NCBI GenBank assembly: GCA_036558345.1
Contig: DATBFV010000098.1
Location: 11,513 to 75,512, forward strand
Direction: 5' to 3'
Origin: Gemmatimonadales bacterium
GTDB lineage: Bacteria > Gemmatimonadota > Gemmatimonadetes > Gemmatimonadales > GWC2-71-9
Length of the DNA stretch: 64,000 bases
Part shown: in pieces, positions 53,507 through 64,000 of the stretch
Position numbering within the stretch: position 1 is the stretch's first letter
Layout: the number at the start of each line of letters is the position of its first letter
Notes under the pieces: model-generated
The model's database searches: none
The model's input: only the letters and a program-made list of their open reading frames with translations
What the model was told of the DNA's origin: nothing
Translations under genes and position numbers: made by a program

Positions 53507-54556
53507 ATGAAGCCCACTCGCTATCTCGCCCTCGCCGCGTTGCTCGGCACCGCCGTTCCGGCGGCCGCTCAGGTGCAGCTCAACGGCGCTGGGGCAACGT
53601 TCCCGAACATCCTCTATCAGGACTGGATCCTGACCTACAATCAGGCGCATTCCGACGTCAAGCTGAACTATCAGTCGATCGGCTCGGGCGGCGGCATCCG
53701 GCAGTTCTCGGACGGCACGGTTGATTTCGGCGGCTCGGACGCCCCGATGACCGATTCGGCGATCGCCGCTATCAGCGGTAACGTGCTCCACATCCCCACC
53801 GTGCTCGGCGCCGTCGTCGTCACCTACAACCTCCCCGGGGTCACGCAGCAGCTGAAGTTCACGCCGGACGTGGTGGCCGACATCTTCCTCGGCAAGATCA
53901 CCAAGTGGAACGACTCGCGCATCACGTCGATCAACCCGGGCGTCAACCTGCCCTCGACCGACATGGTCGTGGCGCATCGGTCTGACGGCTCGGGCACCAC
54001 GTACATCTTCACCGACTATCTCTCCAAGGTCAGTTCGGACTGGCAGCAGAAGGTCGGCAAGGGCGTGTCGGTGAACTGGCCAGTAGGAATCGGCGGCAAG
54101 GGGAACGAAGGCGTAACCGCCAGCGTGGCGCAGACGCCCGGCGGGATCGGCTACGTCGAGCTGGCGTACGCCAACACCAATCATCTCCAGTATGGGCAGC
54201 TTCGAAACCGCGCCGGGAAGTTCATCAATCCGACACTGGAAGCCACCACGGAGGCCCTGGCGGGCGCCATGAAGAGCATGGGCCCCTCGACCGACTTCCG
54301 CGTGTCCATTACCGACTCCCCCGGCGCAACGGCGTATCCGATCGCGAGCATGACGTACCTGCTGCTGCACAAGACATATACGGACGAGGCCAAGACCCGG
54401 GCGCTCTTGCAGTATGTCTGGTGGGCCGAGACCGAAGGTCAAGCAAAGGCCGCACCGATGGGGTATGCGCCCCTTCCGCCGGCGCTGCGTCCCTGGATCC
54501 AGGCGCGCTTGAAGAGCATCACCGTAGGCGGGAAGTCCGTCTGGAACGCTGAGTAA
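53507..54556 (+). CDS. pstS: phosphate ABC transporter substrate-binding protein
   Basis: LNGAGATFPNILYQDWILTYN...NYQSIGSGGGIRQF..GTVDFGGSDAPM...HRSDGSGTTYIFTDYL. Confidence 0.95.
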   Translation: MKPTRYLALAALLGTAVPAAAQVQLNGAGATFPNILYQDWILTYNQAHSDVKLNYQSIGSGGGIRQFSDGTVDFGGSDAPMTDSAIAAISGNVLHIPTVLGAVVVTYNLPGVTQQLKFTPDVVADIFLGKITKWNDSRITSINPGVNLPSTDMVVAHRSDGSGTTYIFTDYLSKVSSDWQQKVGKGVSVNWPVGIGGKGNEGVTASVAQTPGGIGYVELAYANTNHLQYGQLRNRAGKFINPTLEATTEALAGAMKSMGPSTDFRVSITDSPGATAYPIASMTYLLLHKTYTDEAKTRALLQYVWWAETEGQAKAAPMGYAPLPPALRPWIQARLKSITVGGKSVWNAE

Positions 54557-54569
54557 CGCCGCACCTTAA

Positions 54570-54617
54570 GGGGGACACCTCTCGACGCGCAGCTGGCGCC
54601 GGGAGGTGTTTCCCTTT
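54570..54617 (+). terminator. stem-loop attenuator/terminator after pstS
   Basis: GGGGGACACCTC (54570-54581) pairs with GAGGTGTTTCCC (54603-54614). This gives a 12-bp stem including 2 G-U pairs and a 21-nt GC-rich loop, followed by TTT. Confidence 0.4.
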
Positions 54618-54630
54618 CGTAGTGACAAAT

Positions 54631-54648
54631 CCGTTACACCTCCGTGAC
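54631..54648 (+). promoter_or_regulatory. candidate internal Pho box in front of pstC
   Basis: CCGTTACacctCCGTGAC is nearly identical to the site at 52348-52365. It overlaps the GTG 54644 start proposed by the ORF track. Confidence 0.4.
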
Positions 54649-54685
54649 GGACAGTCCGGACAGGGCCGGTAGGTTTCCCGGCGCG

Positions 54686-55684
54686 ATGACGAGTCTTCCC
54701 ATCGAAGGAATCCCCCCCCGCCGCCCCAGTGGCGAGTCTCGCTGGCAGTCCCTCGTTGGAACCGACCGTAGCGATCGCATTTACCAGGGCGTGCTCACCG
54801 CCCTCGCGCTCGGGTTGCCGGCACTGATTCTCATCATCCTGGCCGTCCTGGTCGTCGATGCGTGGCCGGCGCTGCGGCGCTTCGGGCCGTCGTTCGTGTG
54901 GACGTCAACTTGGGACCCCGTCGCGGGAATCTTTGGCGCAGCGCCCATGATCTTTGGTACGCTCGCGTCGTCGTTGCTGGCGCTGTTGATCGCGGTGCCG
55001 CTGGCACTGTCGACTGCGATCTTCCTCACCGAGTTCTCGCCGCGCTGGCTACGCCAGCCCGTCGCGTTCACGATCGAGCTGCTCGCCGCCATTCCGAGCG
55101 TGGTGTACGGGATGTGGGGGATCTTCGTCCTGATTCCCTTTCTGCGCTCGTACGTCGTGCCGCCACTGAGAGCAGTGTTTGGATGGTTGCCGTTCTTCCA
55201 GGGGGTGTTCTACGGCAATTCGCTGCTGGCCGGCGGCATCATCCTGGCGATCATGATCATTCCGTACATCGCGGCCGTGTCGCGCGAGGTGCTCCTCGCC
55301 GTGCCCGGCAGCCAACGTGAGGCTGCACTGGCGATGGGCGCGACGCGCTGGGAGGCCGTTCGCTCGGCCGTGCTCCCGTACGGCCGCACCGGACTGATCG
55401 GCGCCGGCATCCTTGGCCTGGGGCGCGCGCTGGGCGAGACGATGGCCGTGACGATGCTCATCGGCAATCGCCACGACATCGGCGTGTCGGTGTTTCAGCC
55501 CGCCTACACGATGGCCGCCGCGCTCGCCAATGAATTTTCCGAGGCCACGACCTCGCTCTATCTCTCCGCACTGTTCGAGGTCGGCCTGATCTTGTTCGTA
55601 TTGACGGTCGTCGTGAACGCGATCGCGCGCGTCCTCATCTGGCGTGTCGCCCGCGGCCAGGCGATCGGGAGCGGCGCGCTGTGA
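54686..55684 (+). CDS. pstC: phosphate ABC transporter permease PstC
   Basis: Polytopic protein with the EAA-loop region REAALAMGATRWE and ALGETMAVTMLIGN. I prefer ATG 54686 (MTSLPIEG) because the GTG at 54644 lies inside the Pho-box-like motif. Either start is possible. Confidence 0.88.
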   Translation: MTSLPIEGIPPRRPSGESRWQSLVGTDRSDRIYQGVLTALALGLPALILIILAVLVVDAWPALRRFGPSFVWTSTWDPVAGIFGAAPMIFGTLASSLLALLIAVPLALSTAIFLTEFSPRWLRQPVAFTIELLAAIPSVVYGMWGIFVLIPFLRSYVVPPLRAVFGWLPFFQGVFYGNSLLAGGIILAIMIIPYIAAVSREVLLAVPGSQREAALAMGATRWEAVRSAVLPYGRTGLIGAGILGLGRALGETMAVTMLIGNRHDIGVSVFQPAYTMAAALANEFSEATTSLYLSALFEVGLILFVLTVVVNAIARVLIWRVARGQAIGSGAL

Positions 55685-56526
55685 ACCGCGCGTTCCGGCG
55701 GCACCTCACGAGCCGCATCATGACGGGGCTCGTGGTGGCGCTCTCGTTCCTTGCCGTGCTCGCGCTGTTCCTGATCCTCGGCAACCTCGTGCTCAAGGGC
55801 GCGTCGTCGCTCGATTGGGCATTTTTCACCAAGAGTCCCGTTCCCGCGGGACAGACAGGCGGCGGCGTCGCGAACGCCATCGTCGGGACGGGCATCATGG
55901 TTGGTCTGGCGGCGCTGATCGGCGTGCCCGTGGGTGTCGGCGCCGGGATGTTCCTGGCGGAGTACGGCGCGGGCCGGCTGGGCTGGCTGGTGCGCTTCGT
56001 CGCCGACGTGTTGAACGGCACGCCGTCGATCGTCGTCGGCATCGTGGCCTGGACGTTCATCGTAAAGCCCCAGAAACATTTCTCCGCGCTGGCGGGAGCC
56101 GTCGCGCTCGCCATTCTGATGATTCCGATGCTGGCGCGCACGACCGAGGAGATGGTACGCCTCGTGCCGCACTCGCTGCGTGAGGCGGCGCTGGCGCTCG
56201 GCTATCCGCGCTGGCGGACTTCGCTCAAGATCGTGGCGCGGACGGCGCTCGGCGGAATCGTGACGGGCTGCCTGGTCGGCATCGCCCGCGTCGCCGGCGA
56301 AACCGCGCCCCTGCTCTTCACGGCGCTCGGCAACCTCAATTTCACCTTCCATGTCAATCAGCCGATGCAGGCGCTGTCGCTGCAGATCTACGTCTACGCG
56401 ACCGGGCCGTTCGAGGAATGGCATCGGCTCGCGTGGGCGTCGGCGCTCGTGCTCATGGGTCTCGTGCTCGTCATTTCGCTCACCGCGCGCTGGGTGACGA
56501 GGGCCAGGTATGGTAGCGTCCGCTAA
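55681..56526 (+). CDS. pstA: phosphate ABC transporter permease PstA
   Basis: [10 protein letters not shown]...[14 protein letters not shown]...[14 protein letters not shown]. The start overlaps the pstC stop. Confidence 0.9.
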   Translation: MNRAFRRHLTSRIMTGLVVALSFLAVLALFLILGNLVLKGASSLDWAFFTKSPVPAGQTGGGVANAIVGTGIMVGLAALIGVPVGVGAGMFLAEYGAGRLGWLVRFVADVLNGTPSIVVGIVAWTFIVKPQKHFSALAGAVALAILMIPMLARTTEEMVRLVPHSLREAALALGYPRWRTSLKIVARTALGGIVTGCLVGIARVAGETAPLLFTALGNLNFTFHVNQPMQALSLQIYVYATGPFEEWHRLAWASALVLMGLVLVISLTARWVTRARYGSVR

Positions 56527-57286
56527 CACCCGGCTGCGGCTCGAGACCGCCAAGCTCACGGCGCTGTTCGGCCAGCATCGCGCCGTGCGCGACGTCTCGC
56601 TGCTGTTCCCCGCCAATACCGTCACGGCGATCATCGGACCATCCGGCTGCGGCAAGAGCACGATGCTGCGGTGCCTGAACCGCATGCACGAGCTGACGCC
56701 GGGCGCGAGCGTGCAGGGGCAAGTGCTGCTCGACGACGTGAACATCTACGGCGCTGACGTCAGTCCGGTCGAGCTGCGGCGGCGAATTGGGATGGTGTTC
56801 CAGCGGCCCACCCCGTTCCCGACGATGTCGATCTACGACAATGTCGCGGCGGGACTCCACGTCAACGGCAAACGCACTCGCTCGCAGGTCGAGGATGCCG
56901 TGAGTCGCGCACTGCAGCAGGCAGCGCTGTGGGAAGAGGTGAAAGACCGCCTGCACTCGAGCGCGCTCGACCTCTCGGGCGGGCAGCAGCAGCGCCTCTG
57001 CATTGCGCGCGCGGTGGCGCCTGAGCCCGAGATTCTGCTCCTGGACGAGCCCACGGCCTCGCTCGATCCCGCCGGCACGCAGCGGATCGAGGAGCTCTGC
57101 CACGCGCTCAAGCGGCTCTACACGATCGTCATCGTGACGCACAACATGCAGCAGGCGGCGCGCGTCTCCGACTATACCGCGTTCATGTACCTCGGAAGCT
57201 TGATCGAAGTTGGAAAGACCGACGAGATCTTCACCAAGCCAAAGGTGGAGCAGACGGAAGCGTATATCACCGGGCGGTTTGGTTGA
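56510..57286 (+). CDS. pstB: phosphate ABC transporter ATP-binding protein, copy 1
   Basis: [72 protein letters not shown]. Confidence 0.95.
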   Translation: MVASANTRLRLETAKLTALFGQHRAVRDVSLLFPANTVTAIIGPSGCGKSTMLRCLNRMHELTPGASVQGQVLLDDVNIYGADVSPVELRRRIGMVFQRPTPFPTMSIYDNVAAGLHVNGKRTRSQVEDAVSRALQQAALWEEVKDRLHSSALDLSGGQQQRLCIARAVAPEPEILLLDEPTASLDPAGTQRIEELCHALKRLYTIVIVTHNMQQAARVSDYTAFMYLGSLIEVGKTDEIFTKPKVEQTEAYITGRFG

Positions 57287-57321
57287 GAGTCGCGAATACG
57301 ACGGAAGGACGGAATGAGGGA

Positions 57322-58125
57322 ATGGCGAAACGTCCGGCCTCGGACGCTCCGCCAGTCCGTCCTTCCGCCCTTCCGACGGTTCTCGAGTCCCGCGCCTACA
57401 ATTTCTGGTACGGCCCGAACCACGCGTTACACGACATCGCGATCAGCATGCGGCGCAACGCCATCACCGCGCTGATCGGCCCGTCGGGGTGCGGCAAGAC
57501 GACGTTCCTGCGTTCGATCAATCGGATGCACGACCTGACGCCGGGCGCGCGGCACACGGGTGACATCCTGCTCGATGGCCAGTCCATCTTCAATCCGGGC
57601 ACCGACGTCGTCACGCTGCGCCGGCGCATCGGCATGGTATTTCAGCGGCCCAATCCCTTCCCCAAGCCGGTGTACGACAACGTAGCGTACGGTCCACGAC
57701 TCAATGCGCTCGCGCCGGCGCGCGAGCTGCCGGACCGCGTCGAGCGGGCGCTGCGCCAAGCCGCGATCTGGGACGAAGTGAAGGATCGCCTCCGCGAGCC
57801 GGGCACGGCGCTTTCGGGCGGGCAGCAGCAGCGGCTCTGCATCGCGCGCGCGCTCGCGAACGAACCCGAGGTGCTGCTCATGGACGAGCCGTGCTCCGCA
57901 CTCGATCCGATCGCGACGCAGCGCATTGAAGAGTTGATGGTGGAATTGAAAAAGAGCTACACAATCGTGATCGTCACGCATAACATGCAGCAGGCGGCAC
58001 GCGTATCTGATTTCACCGGATTTTTCTATCTGGGCCACCTCGTCGAGTTTGGCGACACGCAGCAGCTGTTCACGCGGCCCACAGACGAACGGACCGAAGC
58101 TTACATCACAGGACGGTTTGGATGA
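57322..58125 (+). CDS. pstB: phosphate ABC transporter ATP-binding protein, copy 2
   Basis: [74 protein letters not shown] 57322 is preferred over the 57283 start in the track. Confidence 0.92.
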   Translation: MAKRPASDAPPVRPSALPTVLESRAYNFWYGPNHALHDIAISMRRNAITALIGPSGCGKTTFLRSINRMHDLTPGARHTGDILLDGQSIFNPGTDVVTLRRRIGMVFQRPNPFPKPVYDNVAYGPRLNALAPARELPDRVERALRQAAIWDEVKDRLREPGTALSGGQQQRLCIARALANEPEVLLMDEPCSALDPIATQRIEELMVELKKSYTIVIVTHNMQQAARVSDFTGFFYLGHLVEFGDTQQLFTRPTDERTEAYITGRFG

Positions 58126-58799
58126 ACGCACAGGCCACGAGTCATCGCCATTTCCACGACGAGCTCTCCGAGCTCAAGGTCGCGCTCCTGAACATGTCGG
58201 GCGAAGCGCAGGCCGCGCTCGCGACCGCCGTCGAAGCGGTGCTGCAGCGCGACGGCGAGAGCGCCGCCAAGGTGATTCAGGGCGACAAGGAAGTCGACAC
58301 GCTGGAGCTCGAGGTCGAAGAAACCGTGATCCGACTGCTCGCGACCCAGCAACCGATGGCGCGCGATCTCCGCTTCCTGACGGCCGCGATGAAAATCGCG
58401 AACGATCTCGAGCGCGTCGGTGATCACGCCGTCAACATCGCGCAGTCCGCCGAGCGCCTGCTCGAGGCTCGGCCGATCGTGCCGGAACCCGAGCTGCTCG
58501 AGATGGCCCGCCAGGCGCGCACCATGCTGGCCGACGCCCTCGACGCGTTCGTCCGCGGTGATGCGCAGGCCGGCCGGGCGATCTGCCGGCGCGACGACAG
58601 CGTGGATGCGCTGCACCAGTCCATGTTCCGGATTCTCTTGACGCACATGATGGAGGATCCGCACATCATCGGTACGGCGATGGAGCTATTTCTGGTGAGC
58701 CGGAACCTCGAGCGCGTGGCCGACCTGGCGACGAATATCGCGGAGGATGTCGTCTTCCTCGTCGAGGGAAAGTCGATCAAACACCACGCTGAGGGCTAG
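58122..58799 (+). CDS. phoU: phosphate signalling complex protein PhoU
   Basis: Two PhoU repeats with [14 protein letters not shown] and [18 protein letters not shown]. 225 aa. Confidence 0.95.
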   Translation: MNAQATSHRHFHDELSELKVALLNMSGEAQAALATAVEAVLQRDGESAAKVIQGDKEVDTLELEVEETVIRLLATQQPMARDLRFLTAAMKIANDLERVGDHAVNIAQSAERLLEARPIVPEPELLEMARQARTMLADALDAFVRGDAQAGRAICRRDDSVDALHQSMFRILLTHMMEDPHIIGTAMELFLVSRNLERVADLATNIAEDVVFLVEGKSIKHHAEG

Positions 58800-59557
58800 T
58801 CCGTTCGATAGCGGTAGTACGGCGCCGGCTGGACGGGCCGGCGTTTGAGCGCATCCTCCGACGCGAACAGCTTGACGAGTACCAGTCCCGCCACGAACCC
58901 GCCGACGTGCGCGAAGAACGCGACGCCGCCCTTATCGATCTCGCTGAGACTGCCGAGCCCGCTGAGCACCTGGAGCAGTATCCAGTAGCCGAGCATGACC
59001 CAGGCGGGAAGCGCCACGGTGGTGATGTAGATCGGCAAAATCACGAGCGTGTGCACGCGCACCCTTGGATACAGGAGGAGGTAGGCGCCCAAGACACCGC
59101 TGATCGCCCCTGATGCACCCACCATGGGCACAACGGAATGCGGGCTGACGAAGACTTGCGCTGCAGCGGCCGCGGTCCCGCACAGCAGATAAAAGACCAA
59201 GAACTTCCCGTGGCCTGTCACGTCTTCGATGTTGTTTCCGAAGACCCACAGAAACAGCATGTTGCCGATCAGGTGAAACCAGCCGCCATGCATGAACATC
59301 GAGGTGAGCACGGTCCAGTATTTCGGCACCGCGCCCACCGTGCAGATCATTCCCGGTGCAAGCTCGACGCCGCTCCCAGGCCGCACGCTGCGCAGGATTT
59401 CTCCGGGGATGAGACCCAGGTCGCAGACCGACCGCGCCATCGGACCCTGCGCCCCCGCGCCCTGGATTAGGACGAAGGCGAGGACGTTTGCGACAATGAT
59501 GGAAACGGTGATGACTGCAGGGTGCTCGGTGGGGTTTTCGTCCTTATAGGGAAACAT
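58796..59557 (-). CDS. rhomboid-family intramembrane serine protease
   Basis: HGGWFHLIGNMLFLWVFG, catalytic GASGAISGVLGAY, and AHVGGFVAG. 253 aa. Confidence 0.85.
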   Translation of the reverse strand: MFPYKDENPTEHPAVITVSIIVANVLAFVLIQGAGAQGPMARSVCDLGLIPGEILRSVRPGSGVELAPGMICTVGAVPKYWTVLTSMFMHGGWFHLIGNMLFLWVFGNNIEDVTGHGKFLVFYLLCGTAAAAAQVFVSPHSVVPMVGASGAISGVLGAYLLLYPRVRVHTLVILPIYITTVALPAWVMLGYWILLQVLSGLGSLSEIDKGGVAFFAHVGGFVAGLVLVKLFASEDALKRRPVQPAPYYRYRTD

Positions 59558-59579
59558 TCCCCGGAATGTACCCGTCTAG

Positions 59580-61672
<2,093 letters not shown>

Positions 61673-61683
61673 AGGGGGCGCTG

Positions 61684-63234
61684 ATGTCGGTGAAGACGCG
61701 GGATTGGCTGAAGTTCGGGACGCTGGTGGCGTTGGCGTTTGCGCTAGGTCTGGCATTCGCCTCGGCCTTCAGGCTCCCGACACGAGGCGAAGCAGCCGTG
61801 CGGTCGGTGCTGCAGGACACGAGCCGGCCGGTACCGCAGGCTAAAGCTGCGGTCGATCTGGGTGAGTCGTTCGCCGCCGTTGCTGAGCACGTGAAGCCGG
61901 CGGTGGTTTACATCAAGTCGGAGCGGCGCGAGCGGGTCTCCAACCGCCGCCTGCCGCCTGGATTCGAGGATTTCTTCCAGGTCCCGCGTCACCCCCAGAT
62001 CGAGCAGGGCTCAGGCTCGGGCTTCATCGTGTCGCAGGACGGCTACATCCTGACCAACAACCACGTCGTGCAGGGGGCCGATCGCGTTACGGTCCGGCTG
62101 TACGACAATCGTGAGTTCGAGGCCAAGACCGTCGGGACCGATCCGAGCACCGACGTTGCAGTCATCAAGATCCAGGCGACGGGTCTGCCCACGGTCCGGA
62201 TGGGGGATGCCGATTCGACGAAGATCGGCAACTGGGTGCTGGCGATCGGCAACCCGCTCGGCGAGAACTTCACCTTCACCGTGACGGCTGGAATCGTGAG
62301 CGCTAAAGGACGGTTGCTCGCGGGGCTGAACTCCAGCCGTTACGCGATTCAGGATTTCATCCAGACCGACGCAGCGATCAATCCCGGCAATTCGGGCGGT
62401 CCGCTGGTCAACGTGCGTGGCGAGGTTATCGGCATCAACTCGGCGATCGCCAGTGAGACCGGGTTCTATGCCGGGTACGGGTTTGCAATCCCGATCAACC
62501 TCGCCCGCACCGTGATGACTCAGCTGATCGCGACCGGCCACGTGGAGCGCGCCGTTATCGGCGTCTCGATCCGGGCGATCACGCCGGAGGACGCGGAAAA
62601 CGCCAAGCTGCAGGAGATCCGCGGCGTAGTCGTGAACGAGTTTTCGCCCCCCGAAGACTCGCCCGCGAAGCGGGCGGGAATCCTCGAAGGCGACGTCATC
62701 ATCGCCGTCGATGGACAAAACATCGAGTCGGTGGCTCAGTTGCAGCAAAAGATCGGCTTCAAGAAGCCGGGCGAGACGGTGCAGGTGACGGTGGTCCGCG
62801 AAGGCGGCGTGAAGAAGACGCTGCCGGTCAAGCTGGCGGCCGCTCCCACGAGCCAGCCCGAGGAGGTCTCGAGTAACGACGACGCCGCGAGCTCGCGCGA
62901 TTCGGCGCCGATGGAAGGCAAACTGGGAATCTCGGTCGAGCCGCTGTCGCAGGAAAACGTGCGCGATCCCGATCTACGGCAGGTCATGCGGTCGGGAGGC
63001 GGCTTGATCGTATCCCAGGTCTCACCTGACGGCCCCGCGTATCAACGGTTGTCCGATGCCAGCACGAACTATCCGGACATCATCCTGAAGGTGAACGGAA
63101 AGCCGACGGGATCGCGGGCGGAATTGCGTCAGATATTGGCCGGGGTGAAGCGCGGTGACATCGTCACGCTGACCGTGCTCGTCAGTACGCCGGACGGCTG
63201 GCAGCAGCGGGTCGTGCGGCTACGCGCGAGCTGA
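61684..63234 (+). CDS. periplasmic serine endoprotease DegP/HtrA (Do family) with two PDZ domains
   Basis: TM/signal segment, then the catalytic triad context TNNHVV, TDVAVIKI, GNSGGPLVN, then two PDZ-like regions (GILEGDVIIAVDG...; ILKVNGKP...). GGGGG lies 6 nt before the ATG. Confidence 0.9.
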   Translation: MSVKTRDWLKFGTLVALAFALGLAFASAFRLPTRGEAAVRSVLQDTSRPVPQAKAAVDLGESFAAVAEHVKPAVVYIKSERRERVSNRRLPPGFEDFFQVPRHPQIEQGSGSGFIVSQDGYILTNNHVVQGADRVTVRLYDNREFEAKTVGTDPSTDVAVIKIQATGLPTVRMGDADSTKIGNWVLAIGNPLGENFTFTVTAGIVSAKGRLLAGLNSSRYAIQDFIQTDAAINPGNSGGPLVNVRGEVIGINSAIASETGFYAGYGFAIPINLARTVMTQLIATGHVERAVIGVSIRAITPEDAENAKLQEIRGVVVNEFSPPEDSPAKRAGILEGDVIIAVDGQNIESVAQLQQKIGFKKPGETVQVTVVREGGVKKTLPVKLAAAPTSQPEEVSSNDDAASSRDSAPMEGKLGISVEPLSQENVRDPDLRQVMRSGGGLIVSQVSPDGPAYQRLSDASTNYPDIILKVNGKPTGSRAELRQILAGVKRGDIVTLTVLVSTPDGWQQRVVRLRAS

Positions 63235-63897
63235 GGTCGTAGTCGTAGGCTGACGGCGTTCGGCCAGCATCACCACGGCCGTCGCCGTCAGCCAAACGAC
63301 GAACAACGCCTGCCCGTAGTACATGTAGTTCGAGAATTCGCTGAAGATCAGGGCCACGGCAGCATTCACCAGCGCCACCATCCACGCCATCCAGGCCAGC
63401 CACCTCGGCCACACGCGTCCGTTCTGAATCGCCCAACCAAACATGTAGGCCACGAGGCTGAGCATGAATGTTGCCAGCCGCTCCGCCGCGAGCCCCATTG
63501 GATGCAGCATGTCGTAGATGAATACGGCGTGCGTTCCCGTCAATCCGGCATCGGACGTCGTGTAGGAGCGCGCGAGCTGATAACCGGCTCCGACCATGAA
63601 CAGGATATTGATGGACCACACGGCAAAAGCCAACGCGCCCATCCGCACCGCCGCGCGACCCGGCGTCGCGCCGGGCGTGTCGTTGTGCCTGAGCGCGACG
63701 CCGATCATGCCGGCATACATGAATGCGAGTCCGAACAGCAACGCCCAGTGGATGAGACGCCAGCGACTCGTGTGCGCCACGATGGAGAGCTGCGCGGCGC
63801 CATCACCGGAGAGCAGCGGGTGCATGAGACCGGCGATTCCAAACAACAGCACGCCCAAAAGAAGGCAAAGCCCGTAGAACAGCGGACGGCGGTTCAT
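63220..63897 (-). CDS. hypothetical integral membrane protein (about 6 TM)
   Basis: 225-aa ORF with six hydrophobic stretches and Trp/His-rich loop ends. No family recognised. Its 3' end overlaps the htrA 3' end by 15 nt. Confidence 0.5.
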   Translation of the reverse strand: MNRRPLFYGLCLLLGVLLFGIAGLMHPLLSGDGAAQLSIVAHTSRWRLIHWALLFGLAFMYAGMIGVALRHNDTPGATPGRAAVRMGALAFAVWSINILFMVGAGYQLARSYTTSDAGLTGTHAVFIYDMLHPMGLAAERLATFMLSLVAYMFGWAIQNGRVWPRWLAWMAWMVALVNAAVALIFSEFSNYMYYGQALFVVWLTATAVVMLAERRQPTTTTSARA

Positions 63898-64000
63898 GGC
63901 GCCCTAATCTAGCACGCACTCGGCCCGACGCATTCACCAATACCTTCGTGTAACAGACCATCGTCTAATTGTGGCATGCCCCCGTTCGACCCATCCTGTT

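Noticed and set aside
55558-56745. 395-aa ORF antisense to pstA/pstB
   Set aside because: Shadow ORF opposite textbook Pst genes.

Overview
This is a gene-dense chromosomal segment with G+C of roughly two-thirds by eye. I support about 57 protein-coding genes and one tRNA. It comes from a diderm bacterium, judged from a TonB-dependent receptor, a porin, lipoprotein signal peptides and lytic transglycosylases. The gene flavour resembles Gemmatimonadota/Acidobacteriota-type genomes, but I cannot prove that here. I found no rRNA, CRISPR array, transposase, integrase or prophage signature.

Layout:
- 1-8.2 kb: three PAS/GAF histidine kinases and a NarL-type regulator.
- 8.4-15 kb: holB, moaC, two lytic transglycosylases, three small unknown ORFs, ilvE, tRNA-Lys and a methyltransferase.
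- 15-19 kb: a tandem cupredoxin-like lipoprotein and a TonB receptor.
- 19-24.4 kb: polX, then the conserved rnhB-rplS-trmD-rimM-rpsP-ffh block.
- 25.7-29.6 kb: an operon of TrmH-family methyltransferase, prepilin peptidase, a D1-only Clp-type AAA+ protein and an HExxH lipoprotein.
- 33.3-41.4 kb: a tightly coupled operon for extracellular nucleotide and nucleoside scavenging.
- 41.5-58.8 kb: a contiguous polyphosphate/Pho block (sixA-CHAD, ppk1-ppx, arsR-phoB-phoR, GT4-NPP-PAP2, porin-pstSCAB1B2-phoU).
- 58.8-64 kb: rhomboid, dnaK, htrA and an unknown membrane protein.

Most of the window is ordinary core genome, and I see no obvious defence or mobile system. These are the leads most worth follow-up:
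1. A phased C[CT]GT[TG]AC heptamer motif that looks like a Pho box. It marks five promoter regions, including one in front of an unusual GT4/NPP-phosphodiesterase/PAP2 trio, which I infer to be a lipid-remodelling module.
2. Three translationally coupled small unknown proteins in front of an MltD-like transglycosylase.
3. A 26-bp perfect AT-rich palindrome / 5x heptamer array between dnaK and htrA.
4. A D1-only Clp ATPase operon.
5. Domain oddities: an N-domain-only RimM with no canonical start, a beta-grasp-adenosine deaminase fusion, and a double nucleotidase joined by a GC-hairpin linker.

All functional calls rest on reading motifs in the supplied translations and my own translations. No database search was possible.
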